In this document: positions 1 through 5,752 of the stretch, piece by piece | Layout of the letters: the number at the start of each line of letters is the position of its first letter | Numbering within the stretch: position 1 is the first letter of the stretch | Assembly (NCBI RefSeq): GCF_006345805.1 | Contig: NW_021829412.1 | Location: 1-6,240, forward strand | Reading direction: 5' to 3' | DNA length: 6,240 bases | Source of the DNA: Octopus sinensis | Lineage: Eukaryota | Position numbers and translations under genes: made by a program | Notes under the pieces: generated by a model | What the model saw: the letters and a program-made list of their open reading frames with translations, nothing else | Told to the model about the DNA's origin: nothing | Database searches by the model: none

Positions 1-104
1 CCAGGATTATAAGCAATGGGGTCGATTCGTTTAACAAAAACCCTTCAAAGCAGTGCTCCAGTATGGCGGCAGTCCAATAACTGAAACAAGCAAAAGATAA
101 AAGA
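1..104 (+). mobile_element. 3' tail of a cephalopod-type SINE, cut by the window start
   Basis: Aligns to the reverse complement of 4931-5040 in this window. TGGGGTCGATT (17-27) matches AATCGACCCCA (5010-5020); TGCTCCAGTATGGCGGCAGTCCAATAACTG matches TGCTTCAGCATGGCCGCAATCAAATGACTG. Ends in an A-rich AAAAGATAAAAGA tail. Family assignment is from recall of Octopus repeats. Confidence 0.8.
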
Positions 105-204
105 GTTAGCTGATGCGCTCCGCATTCTGCGCAGAAGTTACCGAGTGGGAATTTCTTGCTCTTAGATTTTAAGGAGGGAGCTTTCAAAGGAGGTTACCTC
201 CTTT

Positions 205-606
205 GCCGATAATCCGTACCAGACTTTCAGCGCCGATAATCCGTACCAGACATTTAGTACCGATAATTCGTACCAGGCTTTTAGTGCCGATAATCCGTAC
301 CAGACTTTTAGTTCCGATAATCCGTACCAGGCTTTTAGTGCCGATAATCCGTATCAGACTTTTAGCGCCGATAATCCGTACCAGACATTTAGTACCGATA
401 ATTCGTACCAGGCTTTTAGTGCCGATAATCCGTACCAGACTTTTAGTGCCCATAATCCGTACCAGGCCTTTAGTGCCGATAATCCGTACCAGACTTTTAG
501 TGCTGATAATCCGTACCAGACTTTTAGTGTCGATAATCCGTACCAGACTTTTAGTGCCGATAATCCGTAGTGCCGATAATCCATAGCAGATTTCTAGTGC
601 TGACAA
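205..606. repeat. 27-bp minisatellite, consensus GCCGATAATCCGTACCAGACTTTTAGT
   Basis: 13 full head-to-tail units (205-555), one unit with an 11-bp deletion (556-571), one degenerate unit (572-598) and an 8-bp start of another (599-606). There are no spacers. Confidence 0.98.
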
Positions 607-2187
607 CACTGTGCAACACTCAAAAAAGTACAAGAGGTCTGTGGACATTTTTATGTGCAAAATGACTTGGGAAATCCATTTCTGGCCTTGTTTTTGCTGA
701 ATTAGGCATGGTTTCTACAGAATTGTCACTGTATACCCTTTTGTCATTATTATTAAATAAAATTCTCTACCGCATTGTAAAAAGGGTTTAAACCCAGGGC
801 TACAGATCAATCTTAGTAACACCCACAATGTGATTCAAAGCTTGTGTTTTATGTTATTTTTTATCTTTTAGATCTTATTTGTTTTCTGCAATGAGTGCAA
901 GACTGGGCAAAAATCATCCAAACAGATTCTGTTATATCTGTGGGGAATTGAATTTTGCTAAAGAAAAGCGCAGTATTACACGCCAATTCAAGAAAATTAC
1001 AAGGCATACTTCGATTGTTACTTAGGAGACAGGGTAAGCGATGGGCTCCTCATGTGTGTTGCCTTACATATGTGAAGACATTGAGTGCCTGGTATGCAGG
1101 AAAAAATGTTCACATGAATTTTGGTGTGCTAAATGATTTAGCGTGAGCAGAAAGATCACTCTAATGATTGCTATTTCTGTCACCATGACTTTACACATTG
1201 TTTACCCAAATTTGCAATCAGCAATGCGCCCAGTAGAGCACTTAGAAAATTTACCTGTGCTCCAACCTCCAGATCAAGAAATGCAGAGTTTCAACAGTGC
1301 TGATGAACATTCCAGTGGTGAATGTATGGAGCCCAATGATCCAGAAAGCGGGAATAAACCAATACCATTTTCTCAAGAGGCTCTAAATAACTTGAGCAGG
1401 GATCCCTATTTAACTAAAGAGAAAAGTGAGTTTCTGGCATCAAGGCTTCAAGAACGTAATCTTTTTGAGAAAGGAGTGAGCATAACACTGTACAGAAAAC
1501 ATACAGAAGATCTGCTTCATTATTCACCATGCTTTTGTAATGACATCACTGAACTATTTGCGCAAGTGGAAATACCATATGATAAAACCAACTGGCGAAT
1601 TTTCATAGATGCATCCAAAGATAGCATCAAAGTTGTTCTGATACACAATGGTAACATTCTGCCTTCTATTCTCATAGCTTATAACACAACCATGAAAGAA
1701 TCATATGAAAATCTGAAAGCAATTTTAACAAGCATACAGTATGATGACCATACCTGGTATATTTGTGTAGATTTTAAAGTTGTGGCCATGCTTACTCGCC
1801 TTCAGCTTGGCTATACTAAATTTTGCTGCTTCCTGTGTTTATGGAATTCCAGAGCAAGAGCTGGACATTATGTACGCAAGGATTGGCCAATCCGAGATGA
1901 AATTGAGCAAGGAAAACAACATCATGCACAAACCACTTGTGAAAAGTGATAGATTTTTTTTACCACCTTTGCATATTAGACTTGATTTGTCTAAGCAATT
2001 TGTGAAAGCCTTGGACACGGAATCCTCCGCATTTGCATATTATGCAGAAAAGTTCCCTTCTCTGAGTCAAGCTAAAATTAAAGAAGGTTTCTTCATAGGT
2101 CCCCAAATTCGAAAAATTGTACTTGATGAAACCTTCATCACACATCTCAAGAGAAAAGAGAAGCTTGCCTTTGAGTCATTCAAGAAA
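607..2187 (+). mobile_element. Decayed, 3'-truncated cut-and-paste DNA transposon, Chapaev3-like (CMC superfamily)
   Basis: Begins with CACTGTGCAACA (607-618), consistent with the CAC-starting termini of CMC/Chapaev3 elements. Followed by ~280 bp of leader and a transposase pseudogene from ATG 891. Homology stops at FESFKK (~2187) and no matching right TIR is seen. Superfamily call rests on recalled motif consensus. Confidence 0.75.
891..2187 (+). pseudogene. Chapaev3-like DDE transposase pseudogene
   Basis: Stitched translation: MSARLGKNHPNRFCYICGE...(fs ~997)YKAYFDCYLGD(fs ~1031)GKRWAPHVCC...W...MNFGVL(fs ~1132)MI*REQKDHSNDCYFC(fs/deletion ~1196)IVYPNLQSAMRPVEH...LTKEKSEFLASRLQERNL...WRIFIDASKDSIKVVLIHNGN...ICVDFKVVA...GYTKFCCFLCLWNSR...(fs ~1917)KPLV...LPPLHIRL...KFPSLSQAKIKEGFFIGPQIRK...FESFKK. 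The N-terminal Cys/His zinc-binding motifs and two putative catalytic Asp (1608-1610, 1770-1772) are present. There is a TGG>TAG stop at 1139-1141, and the C-terminal part with the catalytic Glu is absent. ORFs 955-1146, 1143-1949 and 1780-2220 are its pieces. Confidence 0.9.
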
Positions 2188-2491
2188 GAGCCACGGATGG
2201 TTAATTCATCAATTAATTAATCAACAAAATGATTTATTTAATCATTAATGGTGAAAGTTCATAGTATAAAATTAACTGAGAGTTTAATTCTTTCAAGTGT
2301 CCTGCTCGCTTACAATCAATGTGCCATAAATATGAATGTTTTTCGTGGCTAGGGATCTGGCTGCCGTTTTTAGCATGTAAGTAGTCCACATAACGGTCTT
2401 CTCTCCGCGTATAAATGTTTATATACTCATGTATATTATAAAAATATTTGTCTACTGACATTGTTTTTACACATGCTAGCTACTGGTATAA

Positions 2492-2981
2492 ATTATCAAT
2501 TAATAAATAACAGCAACAATAATATAAGTCGCCAGCAAGCCTTAAAGCCAAGAAGACAAATTCATAAATTTATAATTAATGATTAATTATAACTGAGAAT
2601 ACACGATGTACCGGCGTTGCTAGAAATAAGAATCGAAAAATACTCAAATAAGCCACCATTTCACTGAAGATTCAACAGGCTGACGAAAATCGAGGAACGA
2701 GTGAAATTTTTACTTACTATTGCGGCCCAAAGTCGTAAATGAGGATCACAGATATACCTCTATCACGTGCTTTCGAACTTTGAGATGTTTCTCTTATTAG
2801 TAGGTCCCACTGTTAAGTTTATACTCGCTTCGCCATGTCTGTCAGAATCGCTGAAGGACCAGCGCTAAATTCAAACAATACCAATGTATATACATCAGTG
2901 TATATCAGTGTATATACATAAATAAATCAAGATATTATTATTAATAAATAATAATAACAATAATATAAATGGCCAGCAAGC
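2492..2981 (+). repeat. Dispersed direct repeat of ~49 bp (2492-2540 and 2934-2981)
   Basis: ATTATCAATTAATAAATAACAGCAACAATAATATAAGTCGCCAGCAAGC versus ATTATTATTAATAAATAATAATAACAATAATATAAATGGCCAGCAAGC. The second copy runs directly into the right arm of the inverted repeat. Confidence 0.75.
2673..2722 (+). ncRNA. Degenerate type I hammerhead-ribozyme-like motif
   Basis: CAACAG-G-CUGACGA-A-AAUCG(AGGAA)CGAGU-GAA-AUUUUUACUU-A-CUAUUG. It has a canonical CUGANGA box and GAAA box. Stems I, II and III each carry mismatches. Confidence 0.45.
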
Positions 2982-2999
2982 ATTTGCGACTTTCAGTCG

Positions 3000-3048
3000 C
3001 AACAGTAAGTTAACTTCTACTCGTTCCTTGAGTTTCGTCAGCCTGTTG
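3000..3048 (-). ncRNA. Degenerate type I hammerhead-ribozyme-like motif (copy in the right arm)
   Basis: CAACAG-G-CUGACGA-A-ACUCA(AGGAA)CGAGU-AG-AAGUUAACUU-A-CUGUUG. Stem I is a perfect 6 bp, stem II is ACUC/GAGU, and stem III is a perfect 10-nt palindrome. The GAA box is disrupted. Confidence 0.45.
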
Positions 3049-3092
3049 AATTTTAAGTGAAATGGTGGCTTATTTGAGTTATTTGAGTATGA

Positions 3093-3105
3093 ATATATAT
3101 ATATA

Positions 3106-3147
<42 letters not shown>
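3093..3147. repeat. (TA)n microsatellite
   Basis: Direct reading; one interruption near 3107-3111. Confidence 0.97.
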
Positions 3148-3150
<3 letters not shown>

Positions 3151-3302
3151 GTAAGGTCTACGAAAATAAACAAAAGACGAAGGCGGGTGGGGTACAAACA
3201 AATAATGTATTAGTATGGCGCTCGGAATAGAAATAAAACAAGTCTTTTACGTTTCGAGCCTACGCTCTTCGACAGAAAGATGCACAGAAAAGAAACAAGG
3301 AG
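3148..3302 (-). mobile_element. Short non-coding PLE-related fragment carrying a hammerhead motif, flanked by TA tracts
   Basis: A ~155-bp block of higher complexity between two (TA)n tracts that contains the hammerhead fold at 3243-3280. PLEs are known to carry minimal type I hammerheads. Boundaries are inferred from the microsatellites. Confidence 0.55.
3243..3280 (-). ncRNA. Minimal type I hammerhead ribozyme variant of the PLE type
   Basis: Minus strand reads UCUUU-CUGUCGAA-GAGC(GUAG)GCUC-GAA-ACGU-A-AAAGA. Stem I is 5 bp (UCUUU/AAAGA), stem II is 4 bp, stem III is the palindrome ACGU, and the cleavage triplet is GUA (cut after 3248). The core differs from CUGANGA by A6>U and one extra A. 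Confidence 0.7.
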
Positions 3303-3345
3303 ATATATATATTCATACTATATATATATACTATATATATATATA
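3303..3345. repeat. Interrupted (TA)n microsatellite
   Basis: Direct reading. Confidence 0.9.
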
Positions 3346-4110
3346 GGTAAATGTCGAACGATGAAATGAGTGCTCAATACCGCATTGGTGGATAAATAAT
3401 TTCTTTATTTGTGAATTGGTTTCATGTTAAGAAAGGTAGGAAAATATCCTAATGGCTTAAGAATTTCTCAAGCCGATCACATGGCGAAAGGTATTCGCCT
3501 CCATTTCACGGGATTCATAGCCGTAAATGAAACAATGAATCAATAAATCAAGGGACGTTACCCTTGAGTGGCATCTTTTGGATGCTTGTCTCCCTTGGGT
3601 TTGTCTTTTGGGTAAATTTTTTTTTGTGTTTTTATTTGTTTGCATTATTTTGCATAATTAAATTTTGTTGCGGAAATGATGTTCTCCTACTTGTATGTTG
3701 AGGTAGTTCATCATTGGGGCATATTTCTACCTTGTGTGTTTCTGCTATGTGTGTTCACGTTTAGGAAAGGGGCTATCCAGTTAGGCTTACCCTCATTTAT
3801 AGGGGGTCTTTGAAATATTTGAGTGAAAAATTTTGCTTGTGTATGCAGGGAGAGGTTTCATCCCTAATGTTTAAGATGGTATCTGTTGATTGTATAATGT
3901 TTAATTTTTCAGTTATACAGAGTTCACCTCTGGTACCCATTCCTCTGTATTTTTTGGCTTTAGCAATAATTTTCCATTTTATATCTGGGGGTTGCTTTGT
4001 CTACCTTCTTTCAATGTCCATATTCTATTTGATATGGATGTTGGATATTTTTTGTTTTTATCTCTGAATGAGCCTTTGTCTCTGAATGTTTTTGTCTCTG
4101 AATGAGCCTT
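3346..4110 (-). mobile_element. 5'-truncated Penelope-like retroelement: end of the ORF plus 3' UTR/pseudo-LTR
   Basis: GIY-YIG C-terminal remnant at 3797-4071, followed on the minus strand by an A-rich UTR and a hairpin-rich segment (3454-3567). The lower boundary (~3346) is taken from the flanking TA tract and is approximate. Confidence 0.75.
3797..4071 (-). pseudogene. C-terminal half of a Penelope-type GIY-YIG endonuclease domain
   Basis: SFRDKNKKYPTSISNRIWTLKE...(frameshift in 3980-4000)PDIKWKIIAKAKKYRGMGTRGELCITEKLNIIQSTDTILNIRDETSPCIHKQNFSLKYFKDPL*. This matches the recalled PLE pattern SF...T.LS..IW.LK...I.W.I..KA..Y....RC.LC..EK..I......LN.R.E....C.H. The conserved Glu (3908-3910) and Asn (3869-3871) are present, and the first Cys of CxLC is changed to Gly. 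It is not in the ORF track. Confidence 0.88.
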
Positions 4111-4125
4111 AATTCACAAATAAAG

Positions 4126-4140
4126 AATATATATTATATA

Positions 4141-4178
<38 letters not shown>

Positions 4179-4179
4179 A

Positions 4180-4225
<46 letters not shown>

Positions 4226-4358
4226 ATATAGCTAGCTAGTTAGATAGATAGATAGATAGAGAGAGAGAAAAGATAAATAGATAGATACACACACATACAT
4301 ATTTATATATTTATATGTGTATGCGTATATACGTGTACATGTATATATAGATAAATAT

Positions 4359-4441
<83 letters not shown>

Positions 4442-4460
4442 AATATATACATATACATAA
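4126..4460. repeat. Compound microsatellite: (TA)n, (TG)17, (GATA)n, (GA)n, (CA/TA) mix, (TATC)n
   Basis: Direct reading: TG at 4187-4220, GATA at about 4241-4286, TATC at about 4360-4437. Confidence 0.97.
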
Positions 4461-4811
4461 ACGCAAAAGCATACATATTCAAATTAAACTGCTGTAATGG
4501 TGTGCGGTCCGCGCATTTTGCGGTAATTGACAGAGAGTCTTGGGAATAACTGTATAACCAATAAAATCTCACTATTGTATTTAAATTATATATCGGTAAA
4601 TCCTAGTAGATTTCATTATATTATTATGTATTTTTGTTACATGTGATCTGTTTAATTCAGGCTTGCATTTTGTTATTAGTAAAGCTTCCATAGTTATCTT
4701 CATTTCTTTTCTTTTTTATCCTTTTATGTGTAGTTCTAAGAGAAAAATTGCGGTGCTATCAATTAGTGTTTTGTGTCTAATTATATTTTCTGTACTGCAT
4801 TATATGCTTAA

Positions 4812-4920
4812 ACATGGCTGGGTGGTTAAGCAGCTCGCTTGGCTATCACGTGGTTTCGCAGGTCCGTGGCATGTGTCTTCCGCTGTTACCCCAGGCGAGC
4901 CAATTTCCTGTGTAGAGACG
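4812..4920 (+). mobile_element. Degenerate tRNA-derived SINE head
   Basis: CATGGCTGGGTGGTTAAGCAGCTCGCTT contains an A-box-like TGGCTGGGTGG. It is followed by CACGTGGTT, a largely deleted B-box region and GTGTCTTC, resembling the 5' part of the Octopus SINE as I recall it. Confidence 0.55.
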
Positions 4921-4930
4921 CTGTGGTTTG

Positions 4931-5135
4931 TTGTTTTACTTGTCATTTTACAGTCATTTGATTGCGGCCATGCTGAAGCATCTCTTTAAAAGAGTTTTTC
5001 AGTCGAAGAAATCGACCCCAGGACTTTGAAAGCCTAGTACTTATTTTATCGGTCTCTTTTGCCGAACCGCTAAGTTACGGGGATGTGAACACACCAACGC
5101 CGTCCGGTTGTCAAGCGATGGTGGAGGGACAACAC
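4931..5135 (-). mobile_element. SINE 3' body and tail, same family as 1-104
   Basis: Plus strand reads CAGTCATTTGATTGCGGCCATGCTG...AATCGACCCCAGGAC...AGCCTAGTACTTATTTTATCGGTCTCTTTGCCGAACCGCTAAGTTACGGGGATGTGAACACACC...GGTTGTCAAGCGATG. It aligns in reverse with 1-104 and abuts the CATA tract. Confidence 0.88.
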
Positions 5136-5154
5136 ATATACAAAGCCACACTCA

Positions 5155-5210
5155 CATACATACATACATACATACATACATACATACATACATACATACA
5201 TACATACATA

Positions 5211-5242
<32 letters not shown>

Positions 5243-5285
5243 ATATATATATATATATATAATATATATATATATATTATATATA
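5155..5285. repeat. (CATA)14 followed by interrupted (TA)n
   Basis: CATA units span 5155-5210 and the TA tract spans 5211-5285. Confidence 0.97.
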
Positions 5286-5286
5286 A

Positions 5287-5752
5287 ATTAGTTATCGCCA
5301 TACTAATATGGCATTCTTATAAAAATAAGAAAAAAGCTGACCGCTTATTAGCTCCATGAGGCCATCGCCTTAAGTTAGCTATTTGATACACAATCTGTAT
5401 CCATATAACGTTGTTTCTTTTAGAGAGACTTAGTAATTTTAATATTTCTATTATTGAAAACAAGTGGATGTATTCCACCGAAGCTAGGTAAATAGAACCT
5501 TTGAACAGAGATTGTCGGAAGCGACACCTACTGGTTTGGCTACGCTGCATTGAAAAGGGGCAATACCCCGAACGCGTCTGTAGCGGCCGGCCAAGTAGTG
5601 TGGAGCGACTGACCTCCCTTGTTCAAAGGTTATATGGATACAGATTGTGTATCCAAATAGCTAACTTAAGGCGATGGCCTCATGGAGCTAATAAGCGGTC
5701 AGCTTTTTTCTTATTTTTATAAGAATGCCATATTAGTATGGCGATAACTAAT
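5287..5752. repeat. Near-perfect inverted repeat: 5287-5409 (123 bp) and 5629-5752 (124 bp)
   Basis: The arms are exact reverse complements except for one indel (TTTGATACAC versus TTTGGATACAC). The spacer is 219 bp. Confidence 0.97.

Larger units (their letters stand above)
2642..3079. repeat. Inverted repeat, ~100-bp arms (2642-2741 and 2981-3079), ~85% identical; probable PLE pseudo-LTR remnants
   Basis: ACTCAAATAAGCCACCATTTCACTGAAGATTCAACAGGCTGACGAAAATCGAGGAACGAGT... matches the reverse complement of 2981-3079 with about 14 differences by hand count. The right arm ends in a 9-bp tandem duplication TATTTGAGT x2 (3071-3088). Confidence 0.92.

Noticed and set aside
171-205. AAGGAGG as a Shine-Dalgarno site, or the 185-205 hairpin as a bacterial terminator
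   Set aside because: The context is eukaryotic repeat DNA, no suitably spaced ATG follows, and there is no U-tract after the stem.
205-598. CRISPR array
   Set aside because: The 27-bp units are contiguous with no unique spacers, no cas-like ORFs are nearby, and the context is eukaryotic.
184-660. Track ORFs 184-660 (-), 203-586 (+) and 354-584 (-) as genes
   Set aside because: A 27-bp unit leaves four of six frames open. These ORFs begin at TTG or incidental codons and show no better synonymous bias than the unlisted ADNPYQTFS frame.
1143-1949. 268-aa ORF as an intact or domesticated transposase gene
   Set aside because: It starts at GTG inside a frameshifted region, is flanked by frameshifts and a nonsense codon, and lacks both the zinc-binding N-terminus and the catalytic C-terminus.
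1960-2461. Minus-strand ORFs 1960-2145 and 2234-2461
   Set aside because: The first is antisense to the transposase. The second is a short AT-rich ORF with no recognisable motif.
2895-3197. 100-aa ORF, and likewise 5085-5291 and 5108-5359
   Set aside because: They read through TA/CATA microsatellites (IYIY, HTYI runs) and repeat sequence.
3209-3220. TATTAGTATGGCG shared with 5731-5743 and its inverse
   Set aside because: The match is 13 bp in AT-rich DNA with no extension either side, which is compatible with chance.
3495-3530. A fourth hammerhead (minus strand CUAUGA...GAAA); similar weak motif at 2786-2805
   Set aside because: The core lacks G5, stem II cannot form properly, and no NUH/stem I pairing follows.
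3810-4067. Hydrophobic 85-aa plus-strand ORF as a membrane protein
   Set aside because: It is the antisense shadow of the A-rich GIY-YIG coding strand.
4631-4646. TTTTTGTTACATGTG (and TTTTGTTGCGG at about 3663) as the right TIR of the Chapaev3-like element
   Set aside because: Match to TGTTGCACAGTG is poor, there is no subterminal homology and no matching TSD.
4812-4880. Functional tRNA gene
   Set aside because: Only an A-box-like motif remains. There is no B-box/T-arm or cloverleaf, and it continues into SINE-like sequence.
4663-4989. 108-aa hydrophobic ORF
   Set aside because: It starts at TTG, runs through T-rich DNA and across two SINE fragments, and the hydrophobicity is compositional.
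5317-5722. Two ORFs with the same C-terminus (QIANLRRWPHGANKRSAFFLFL) as paralogous genes
   Set aside because: The shared peptide follows directly from the near-perfect DNA inverted repeat.
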